Origin: Erythrobacter sp. | Lineage (GTDB): Bacteria; Pseudomonadota; Alphaproteobacteria; Sphingomonadales; Sphingomonadaceae | NCBI GenBank assembly: GCA_024642565.1 | Contig: JAHEAV010000004.1 | Span: forward strand, 30,391-94,390 | Direction of reading: 5' to 3' | DNA: 64,000 bases | In this document: piece by piece, positions 57,100 to 64,000 of the stretch | How positions within the stretch are numbered: position 1 is the stretch's first letter | Layout of the letters: each line of letters starts with the position of its first letter | Program-made: the position numbers and the translations under genes | Notes under the pieces: model-generated | What the model was told of the DNA's origin: nothing | What the model saw: only the letters and a program-made list of their open reading frames with translations | The model's database searches: none

Positions 57100-58470
57100 C
57101 TAGAAATCCACTTGTGCACGAATACCAAATGCATCCACGCCATAGGAACGGTTGCCAGAAGCCGCGGCGTAGACCGCATCATCATAGTTCAATCGTCCAT
57201 AATTCATCAGGAACCGGACATAGTCCGTCGGGGTCCAGACAAGCGAGATTTCATAGGCGTTCTGCTTCCCGCCAATGATCGGCCCGCTGTTCAGATCGAG
57301 ATAGTCGTAGCGCAGATTGACTTCGAGTGCGCCAAAACCACCTTTGCCGACTGGCTTGGCAGGCTTTACGCGGTCGAATTTTCCGCCTTTATAACCGCGT
57401 TTGTCGTTTCCGGTCAGGAAGAAGCCGACTTCGCCGTAACCACCGAAAAATGTCGGATCGCTGGGAAGGGCGGTTGCGCCCGGTTTTTGCCAATAACCTT
57501 CAGCCACTGCGTGGAACGGTCCCTTGATGCCCGCTGCTTCAATGCCGATCCCCAGTTCACTGTCAGCGGCAATGCTGCGCGTATCGACGAAACGGGTGCC
57601 GGTAAAATGGACCAGCGGCCGCTGCCGATATCGAACGGTGTTCCCCGCATTATTAAGGCTGGCGTAATGCACCGACCCACCAAAATGGAGCTGGGCATCG
57701 CCAAGTTTGGGCATATAAACGGCCCGCGCATCCATGCTCCAGTTCTTGTTCGATAAAGCGTCAATATTGTCGGTAAAGACACCGCCCTGCAGCAAAACGT
57801 CCTTAGCATTATATTGCACCGAAGCACCCACTTTACGCTGGAAGTTGAAGGCATCGGTGAATGCTGCACGCTCGATCATGGTAGTGAACCGGCTGCTGTT
57901 CAGTTCTTCCAGCGATTGGAAGTTGTTGTGCTGGCCCAAAGTGTAGGTAAGCGGGCCATCCTTATAGGTGATGATCGCGTCGGTTATCTCGGCATTGCCA
58001 TTGGCGAATTCGGTTTCAAATTTATATCCAAAACCGCCCGGCATACTGCCTTCGACGCCGATACGTGCCCGGCGCAATTCATTTCCGAAACCGTCGGCAA
58101 GGCCTGTGGCATCAGGCACAGACGTGAAGCCAGCGTCAAACTGCAAACGGCCGAAGGGCTTGAAACTCCAACCGCCTTCGCCTTCAATTTCCGGGGCGCC
58201 CTTCCAGGATAGTTTCGTATCCTTTTTCGCAGGTTCCGGAGCGGCTGCTGTCACGGGAGGTGCGGCCTTGGCTTCGGCCAGATCTTGCTCAAGTTCGTCG
58301 ACCCGTGATGCAAGCCGGGCCAATTCCGCGCGCATTGCTGCCAATTCCTGTCCGGCCGCCAACGCAGGGGCATCCTGGGCCAGCGCCGGGCTTGAGAGCA
58401 GACATAGCGCCGTTGCCGAAGCCGTACTCATCAGGTTCATCATTCGCATTGAAAATCCTTCGCGTAACAA
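57100..58470 (-). CDS. phosphate-selective porin (OprO/OprP family)
   Basis: 456 aa. Signal peptide (...ALCLLSSPALAQD), an N-terminal coiled-coil segment (ELAAMRAELARLASRVDELEQDLAEAK), then a beta-barrel ending in ...GIRAQVDF. The start may be ATG 58449. Confidence 0.85.
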   Translation of the reverse strand: MLREGFSMRMMNLMSTASATALCLLSSPALAQDAPALAAGQELAAMRAELARLASRVDELEQDLAEAKAAPPVTAAAPEPAKKDTKLSWKGAPEIEGEGGWSFKPFGRLQFDAGFTSVPDATGLADGFGNELRRARIGVEGSMPGGFGYKFETEFANGNAEITDAIITYKDGPLTYTLGQHNNFQSLEELNSSRFTTMIERAAFTDAFNFQRKVGASVQYNAKDVLLQGGVFTDNIDALSNKNWSMDARAVYMPKLGDAQLHFGGSVHYASLNNAGNTVRYRQRPLVHFTGTRFVDTRSIAADSELGIGIEAAGIKGPFHAVAEGYWQKPGATALPSDPTFFGGYGEVGFFLTGNDKRGYKGGKFDRVKPAKPVGKGGFGALEVNLRYDYLDLNSGPIIGGKQNAYEISLVWTPTDYVRFLMNYGRLNYDDAVYAAASGNRSYGVDAFGIRAQVDF

Positions 58471-58496
58471 GGCAATTATTGAATTGCGACGCGCCT

Positions 58497-58525
58497 ATGA
58501 CCTGTATTTTGCAGTTTTATGACGA
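58497..58525 (-). promoter_or_regulatory. Pho-box-like repeats upstream of the porin gene
   Basis: The minus strand reads TCGTCAT-AAAA-CTGCAAA-ATAC-AGGTCAT, three 7-mers with 11-bp phasing. The outer two resemble CTGTCAT. Confidence 0.45.
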
Positions 58526-58591
58526 ACGCCGATTCCACACGGGTTAGCAGTGGAAAACTATCCTCCGGCCAACCACTTTTCGGTGGTGCAA

Positions 58592-59770
58592 CTAGCCTTC
58601 AGACACAGGCAGACGAACCTCCACCTTCGTCCCGACGCCGATCTCGCTGGTGATATCCAGCCTCCCTCGATGCCTTTCGACGATGTGTTTCACGATGGCG
58701 AGGCCGAGGCCGGTTCCACCGGATGCCCGGCTTCGACCGGGATCTGTGCGATAAAATCGGCGGGTCAGGTGCGGAATATGTTCCGCAGCAATGCCCTCTC
58801 CCTGATCTTGAACGGAAAACCGTGCCAATCCCTGTTCGTCTCGCGCAAGGTGAACGGTTACTTTTTCAGTGGGATCGCCATAATTGAGTGCGTTATCGAT
58901 CAGATTTCTGACCAATTGTTCGAGCTGTTTTGTGTCTCCCAACACATTTATCTCTTCGGGGCATTCGAAGACTATTCGTGACACGCGCTCGGCCCCGGCA
59001 GCGTCGCGGGCAGACAGTTCAATCAGTTTTTTGAGTTCCACCTGTTCGCCCGGCACTTCGTGCTTTTCGGCTTCGACGCGAGACAGCGACATCAGGTCAC
59101 TGACGAGGCTTTGCAGCCGAATCGCTTCGGCCTGGATTGTGGCGAGAAATTTCTTCCGCATCGCAGGCGGGACCTGATCTTCTTCGTCCCGCAGCGTCTC
59201 AACATAACCGATGATGGAGGCCAGCGGCGTTCGCAGTTCATGGCTGGCATTGGCCACGAAGTCTGTATGGGCGCGGCTAATTTGTGCCTCGCTTGACTGG
59301 TTCAGCAATTCGATGACGGCAAAGCGGTCATCCATTTCCTGGCGGTTCATCTGCCAAATGTCCCGGCGACGGGACAAGCCCTGGATGGTGGCGCTGCCAC
59401 CGCCCGTTTCGCCGATCAGGGCAATCGCTTCCGGATGACGGAATGCGACGCGCACATCCTGACCGATGATATGATTGCCGAGGACTTTTCGCGCCGCCTC
59501 ATTGGCGATTGTTACGCGGTTGCGGTCGGTCATCAGCATGGGTGTTGCGGAATGTTCGATCAAGCGGGCGGTCGATGCCTCGCTGAACTGGGTTTTTGCC
59601 TGGATCGTCATCGCCGGTTCCGGCGTGGCAGTGACGAGGAACAACGTGCCCAACCATACCAGAAAGATCGCCAATACCAGCCACAGGTCCGTTCCGGAAA
59701 ACGCGATTGCCACACAGGCCAGCACGGCGAAGATTATGCCCGGCCACGGAACGGTTCTACCCAACTTCAT
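58592..59770 (-). CDS. phoR: phosphate regulon sensor histidine kinase PhoR
   Basis: TM region, PAS-like segment, HisKA (FVANASHELRTPL) and HATPase (DQGEGIAAEHIPHLTRRFYR, GGTGLGLAIVKH) motifs. The internal ATG at 59770 (MKLGRTVPWPG...) is used because the track ORF start (59911) sits 9 nt from the tRNA-Glu 3' end. Confidence 0.85.
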   Translation of the reverse strand: MKLGRTVPWPGIIFAVLACVAIAFSGTDLWLVLAIFLVWLGTLFLVTATPEPAMTIQAKTQFSEASTARLIEHSATPMLMTDRNRVTIANEAARKVLGNHIIGQDVRVAFRHPEAIALIGETGGGSATIQGLSRRRDIWQMNRQEMDDRFAVIELLNQSSEAQISRAHTDFVANASHELRTPLASIIGYVETLRDEEDQVPPAMRKKFLATIQAEAIRLQSLVSDLMSLSRVEAEKHEVPGEQVELKKLIELSARDAAGAERVSRIVFECPEEINVLGDTKQLEQLVRNLIDNALNYGDPTEKVTVHLARDEQGLARFSVQDQGEGIAAEHIPHLTRRFYRTDPGRSRASGGTGLGLAIVKHIVERHRGRLDITSEIGVGTKVEVRLPVSEG

Positions 59771-59919
59771 GTGTATCGCCCTAGCGACAGAGCCTGCGCT
59801 TAGCCACCATGATTTGAATTCGGGCTGAAGCAATACGGCCGGTCCTACCGACTGTTTTTGCCAGGATGTTGGAGAAGAAGCCTTGATTTCGACATTCACG
59901 AGATTTCGCATGTCGTGAA

Positions 59920-59994
59920 TGGTGACCCCTACGGGAATCGAACCCGTGTTTCAGCCGTGAAAGGGCCGCGTCCTAACCGCTAGACGAAGGGGCC
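59920..59994 (-). tRNA. tRNA-Glu (TTC)
   Basis: Reverse complement reads GGCCCCT-TC-GTCT-AGCGGTTA-GGAC-G-CGGCC-CTTTCAC-GGCTG-AAAC-ACGGG-TTCGATT-CCCGT-AGGGGTC-A-CCA, with anticodon TTC. Confidence 0.93.
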
Positions 59995-60074
59995 ATCGCA
60001 ATGGCGTGGCGGCGCAATTAGGCATGCTTGACTGCGGCGTCAAGGCGCGTTTGTCCGAAATGCGACTTATATGG

Positions 60075-61862
60075 TCAATCCGCCCATGCCGCATCTTCCA
60101 GATGGAGCTCTGCCTGTGGGCGTGCGCCCCAATCATCGATCTTGGCGCGCCCGGCGAGCCACAAGGATCGGCCCTGCGCGCCATGCAGCAAGGCCTGACC
60201 CATCGATGATTCGGCTGCACGGAATGCAATCGCCTTGAAGCTCTTGCCATCACGCCCGGTCAATATCAGACGCAAATGGTCGGTACCGACGACATCTGCC
60301 TTGACCAATCGCACAGGCCCGATGGCTACTCTTGGGCCGGGCCAGCCCACGCCAAATGGACCGGCACTATCCATCGCTTCAACCAGCGACGGCGTTAACC
60401 CGCCGGGGGCAAGGGCCAGATCCAGTTGAACGACCTGTTCCTGCATGGCCATGCCCACGGCTTTGGCCAATCTTTGTTCCAGCCAGTCGGCAAAGGCGCC
60501 GATTTGGCCTTCGTCAATCGTCAGGCCAGCGGCCATCGCGTGTCCGCCGCCCGCCACCAGCAAGCCAGTTTCGCGCGCAGCGATGATAGCTGCGCCAAGA
60601 TCAACACCGGAAATTGATCGGCCAGAACCCTTTCCTTGCCCGTTCTCATCATCAATGGCGATCACCAGTGTCGGCTTGCCGGTCTTTTCCTTGATCCGCC
60701 CGGCCACGATCCCGATCACGCCCGGATGCCAGCCTTTGCCCGAAACGATGATGACTGAACGGTTGTGCTGCTGCGCCAGCTGGGCTTCCGCGGCTTCTTG
60801 CACCGATGCCTCTATTGCGCGGCGTTCTTCGTTGAGCGTGGATAGCTGGGATGCAATGCTTGCGGCTTCGTCCGGGTCTTCTGTTGTGAGTAAACGCACC
60901 CCCAAGGTCGATTCGCCGACGCGCCCGCCGGCATTGATCCGCGGGCCGAGCGCAAACCCGAGATCGCTACACGCCGGGGCCCGCTTTAACCGGCTCGCAT
61001 CGATCAGCGCCGACATGCCGACATTATCCCGCCGGGACATTATTTTCAGACCCTGCGCCACAAAGGCCCGGTTTAACCCGTGGAGCGCGGCCACATCTGC
61101 GACAGTCCCAAGCGCCACCAAATCGAGCAGGGAAAGCAGATCCGGCTCTGCGCGTTCGGCAAAATAGCCCTGATTTCGCAATGTCCGCACAACCGCGATT
61201 GCCAACAAAAACGCAACGCCTACTGCAGCCAAGTGCCCGTGTGCCGCGCCAATCGCGCTTTCATCAAGGCGGTTGGGGTTCACCAACGCTGCGGCAATGG
61301 GCAATTCCGCCGCACATTTGTGATGGTCAACAACAATCACATCGACGCCGGCATCATGCGCCTGCGCCAGTGCATCATAAGCCATGGCGCCGCAATCAAC
61401 CGTCACGATCAGGCTGGAGCCGGCTTCCGCAAGCTGGACCAAGGCTTCGCCGCTGGGGCCATACCCTTCGAGCAAACGGTCGGGAATATAGTACCGTGCA
61501 TCATGCCCCAGCATCCGCAACAGCCTGATCAGCAAAGCGGCGCTCGTCGCGCCGTCGACATCGTAATCCCCGTAAACCGTGGTCGCTTCATTGCCGAGCA
61601 CTGCCTGCGCAATGCGTTCAGCCGCGGCGTCCATGTCCTTGAATTCGGAAGGGTCGGGCAGGAAACCGCGCAAGGTCGGATTGCGCTGAAGTTCGATGTC
61701 TTCCTGCGCGACGCCGCGTGACAGCAGCAATTGGGTAACAATGTCGTTTTCCAGCGAGGCGACTTCACTTCCAACGTCCATATTGCCGCCACGCCAGTGC
61801 CACGCCTTGCCAGAGAGGGATTGGCTTACTCCGAAAACCGGAACTTTTAGGCGGCTTGTCAT
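60075..61862 (-). CDS. recJ: single-stranded-DNA-specific exonuclease RecJ
   Basis: DHH motifs (YGDYDVDGATS, VTVDCG, VVDHH) and DHHA1 (GGGHAMAAG). The internal ATG at 61862 was used (595 aa). Confidence 0.93.
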   Translation of the reverse strand: MTSRLKVPVFGVSQSLSGKAWHWRGGNMDVGSEVASLENDIVTQLLLSRGVAQEDIELQRNPTLRGFLPDPSEFKDMDAAAERIAQAVLGNEATTVYGDYDVDGATSAALLIRLLRMLGHDARYYIPDRLLEGYGPSGEALVQLAEAGSSLIVTVDCGAMAYDALAQAHDAGVDVIVVDHHKCAAELPIAAALVNPNRLDESAIGAAHGHLAAVGVAFLLAIAVVRTLRNQGYFAERAEPDLLSLLDLVALGTVADVAALHGLNRAFVAQGLKIMSRRDNVGMSALIDASRLKRAPACSDLGFALGPRINAGGRVGESTLGVRLLTTEDPDEAASIASQLSTLNEERRAIEASVQEAAEAQLAQQHNRSVIIVSGKGWHPGVIGIVAGRIKEKTGKPTLVIAIDDENGQGKGSGRSISGVDLGAAIIAARETGLLVAGGGHAMAAGLTIDEGQIGAFADWLEQRLAKAVGMAMQEQVVQLDLALAPGGLTPSLVEAMDSAGPFGVGWPGPRVAIGPVRLVKADVVGTDHLRLILTGRDGKSFKAIAFRAAESSMGQALLHGAQGRSLWLAGRAKIDDWGARPQAELHLEDAAWAD

Positions 61863-61942
61863 GGCCTTGCGGTACAGCATCGCGATGAAGCCGCAAAGGG
61901 TGGGTGATTGACAATCGACAGCCGGGAAGGACAACATCGTCC

Positions 61943-62434
61943 ATGCCAACGAATGAACGCCACTTGTTAATTGTCTGGCATAGCCGCACCGGTGCAAGTC
62001 GCGCGATGGCCGAAGCAGCGGCACGTGGTGCAGGTGATCACGCTACCATCCTTAAAGCTCAGGATGCCGGGCCGCAGGATTTTCTCGAAAGTGCGGGATA
62101 TCTGTTCGTATGCCCTGAAAATCTGGCCAGCCTGAGCGGATTGATGAAAGAGATGTTCGACCGCTGTTACTATCCGTTGCTGGGGAAGATTGAAGGCCGC
62201 GCCTATAGTACTTTGATTGCAGCCGGTTCTGATGGGGAGGGTGCCCAGCGCCAAATCGACAGGATCGCCAAAGGTTGGCGCTTGCGGCGTGTGTCCGAAC
62301 CGCTGATCATCAATTTTAACGCGCAAACCCCGGAAGCTATTCTAGCGCCCAAGGCCGTTACCGAAGCGGATTTACAAAGTTGCCAGGACGTAGGTGCCGC
62401 GATGGCAGAAGGCCTTTCACTTGGGCTTTTTTGA
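61943..62434 (+). CDS. flavodoxin-like fold protein (NAD(P)H-dependent FMN reductase-like)
   Basis: LLIVWHSRTGASRAMAEAAARGA is a typical flavodoxin-like N-terminal beta-loop-alpha. About 163 aa from ATG 61943. Confidence 0.65.
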   Translation: MPTNERHLLIVWHSRTGASRAMAEAAARGAGDHATILKAQDAGPQDFLESAGYLFVCPENLASLSGLMKEMFDRCYYPLLGKIEGRAYSTLIAAGSDGEGAQRQIDRIAKGWRLRRVSEPLIINFNAQTPEAILAPKAVTEADLQSCQDVGAAMAEGLSLGLF

Positions 62435-62548
62435 TCGATTAATCCAAATTGGATCAAACAGTTTTCCGAGGACTCGACCCGTAGAAGAAATCAGTCCAAG
62501 CGAATTTTCGGATTATTTTTTGAGGGGTTACTTCCAATCGTTCGCCTA

Positions 62549-63331
62549 GTGAAAAGTGAGTCACAGAAACTCACCCCGGGAATTATGCTTCTTTTTGGGA
62601 GCGGGATGCGGCCCGGTGCCGAAGCCATTCGGAGCATCATCGCAGAAATGCCAAATGTCACGATCAGTCACGATCCTTCCGGGATTTCGGTACCCGGAGA
62701 AGGGGGAAGTGACGCACAAGCCGATATCGACTGGTTCGAATTGCTTACCCAAGGTTTGACCTTCGATATCCGGAACCTTGCCCCCGGCGAGGGGGCGAAC
62801 CTTTCAGAAATTCAGCATCGCCTGGGTTGTCCGGCTGAATACTTCGAGCAAACTTCGGAGGCTGTGTGCCTTTTGCCCGGTCCGCATCTGAGTGGCGGCG
62901 CGAACAGCATTCCAGTTGTTCGCATTCTTGCCGAACTGGCGGCGAAATTGTCCTTGGCACTTTCCGGCACGCTGGCGCTGTTTTGGCCGCCTTCCGGTGG
63001 TTTGTTCGGTGCAGAGTATTACCGCGCGATGATCGCAAGCTGGATCAGTGGAGGCAATTTCCCAGTTCTTGGCTTTACCCCTCTCAAGCCGATGATTGAT
63101 GGCGGCATGCAGAGCGATGGTCTTTCCTTCTTCACCGGTCAGGAGTTACGCCTGGAGCCCGAAACCGCTGCTGACAGCAATGCCGCGGCTCAACTATCTG
63201 TCCGCCTCGTCAACTATCTGGTGCAACGTGCGCCATTGGCCCGAGCGGAGAGTGTCATTGCGCCCGATGGCGCTCAGTTACTGCTGGAACCTTCCGGGAA
63301 TGGGCGTTTTGTCCGTGTCTGGCGCGGTTGA
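62549..63331 (+). CDS. hypothetical protein, no family recognised
   Basis: 260-aa ORF from GTG 62549 (alternative ATG at 62585, MLLFGSG...). No signal peptide, TM helix or known motif recognised. Codon usage looks native by eye. Confidence 0.55.
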   Translation: MKSESQKLTPGIMLLFGSGMRPGAEAIRSIIAEMPNVTISHDPSGISVPGEGGSDAQADIDWFELLTQGLTFDIRNLAPGEGANLSEIQHRLGCPAEYFEQTSEAVCLLPGPHLSGGANSIPVVRILAELAAKLSLALSGTLALFWPPSGGLFGAEYYRAMIASWISGGNFPVLGFTPLKPMIDGGMQSDGLSFFTGQELRLEPETAADSNAAAQLSVRLVNYLVQRAPLARAESVIAPDGAQLLLEPSGNGRFVRVWRG

Positions 63332-63388
63332 TCAGGTTTAACAGGCTGCAAAATCTGTTGAGCGGATGACCCATCCGGGTGGGGGGCG

Positions 63389-64000
63389 CTAAACCCGCGC
63401 GGCAAGATCTTTCTGCGCCTGGATATATTCGCGTTCCAGCCGGTCGACCCGGTCGGCAACACTGTCTACCGCATCGACCATGCCCACGCCCTGGCCCGAG
63501 CCCCAGATGTCTTTCCACGCCTTGGCTTTGGTATTGCCACCGGAACCGAAGTTCATCGCGCTGGGATCGCTTTCCGGCAAATTATCGGGATCCAGCCCTG
63601 CTTTCACGATTGATCCGCGCAAATAATTGCCGTGCACGCCGGTAAAGAGGTTCGAGTAGATAATGTCGGCTGCGTTGCTTGCGACGATTTCCTGCTTGTA
63701 GGCTTCGTCAGCATTGGCTTCCTTGGTGGCGATCCATGGGGAGCCGATATAGGCAAAATCGGCGCCCATCGCTTGGGCAGCCAGTACCGAACGGCCATGC
63801 GAAATTGCGCCGGACAGCGCCACCAATCCATCGAACCAGCTGCGGATTTCCTGCATCAGCGCAAACGGCGATTGAACACCGGCATGGCCGCCCGCACCGG
63901 CCGCGACCGGGATCAGGCCATCGGCGCCCTTTTCAATCGCTTTTCGTGCAAACCGGTCATTGATGACATCATGGAGCACGATCCCACCCCAGCTATGGGC
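63389..64000 (-). CDS. nitronate monooxygenase / 2-nitropropane dioxygenase family FMN oxidoreductase (5' end beyond the window)
   Basis: GADGLIPVAAGAGGHAG and ALSGAISHGRSVLAAQAMGADFAYIGS motifs of the NMO TIM-barrel family. The reading frame stays open to the window edge. Confidence 0.8.
   Translation of the reverse strand, partial: AHSWGGIVLHDVINDRFARKAIEKGADGLIPVAAGAGGHAGVQSPFALMQEIRSWFDGLVALSGAISHGRSVLAAQAMGADFAYIGSPWIATKEANADEAYKQEIVASNAADIIYSNLFTGVHGNYLRGSIVKAGLDPDNLPESDPSAMNFGSGGNTKAKAWKDIWGSGQGVGMVDAVDSVADRVDRLEREYIQAQKDLAARV

Overview
This is a gene-dense, moderately high-GC chromosomal segment. Its gene content and synteny look alphaproteobacterial, probably Sphingomonadales-like. 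The supporting arrangements are sdhE-mfd divergent from recG, DUF4164-zapA-6S-ygfA, tkt-gap-pgk-fba, a GAAC-N7-GAAC SOS box, and phoR-porin-pstSCAB-phoU-phoB. I call about 57 CDS, 5 tRNAs (Asn-GTT, Pro-CGG, Asp-GTC, Leu-CAA, Glu-TTC), one probable 6S RNA, and a handful of regulatory sites and terminators. Almost every base is explained by recognisable housekeeping genes, and all intergenic gaps are under about 240 nt. I saw no transposase, integrase, phage, CRISPR, toxin-antitoxin or defence-island signature, and the long antisense ORFs in the track are ordinary high-GC shadow ORFs. Three blocks look most accessory-like. (1) A translationally coupled four-gene PEP-CTERM/exosortase-type module (priming sugar transferase-prsK-prsR-prsT, 33.9-40.6 kb) with no exosortase or PEP-CTERM substrate in the window. 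(2) A LexA-box-controlled imuA-imuB-dnaE2 mutagenesis cassette (45.4-51.1 kb). (3) Isocitrate lyase with a divergent ScfR/RamB-type regulator, an AT-rich repeat-bearing control region and a tiny downstream ORF (30.3-33.7 kb). I did not find a convincing, wholly undescribed multi-gene system. The unexplained items are small or hypothetical ORFs and candidate operator repeats, listed with modest interest scores. All calls come from reading the sequence and translations by eye. No database search, covariance model or composition calculation was run.
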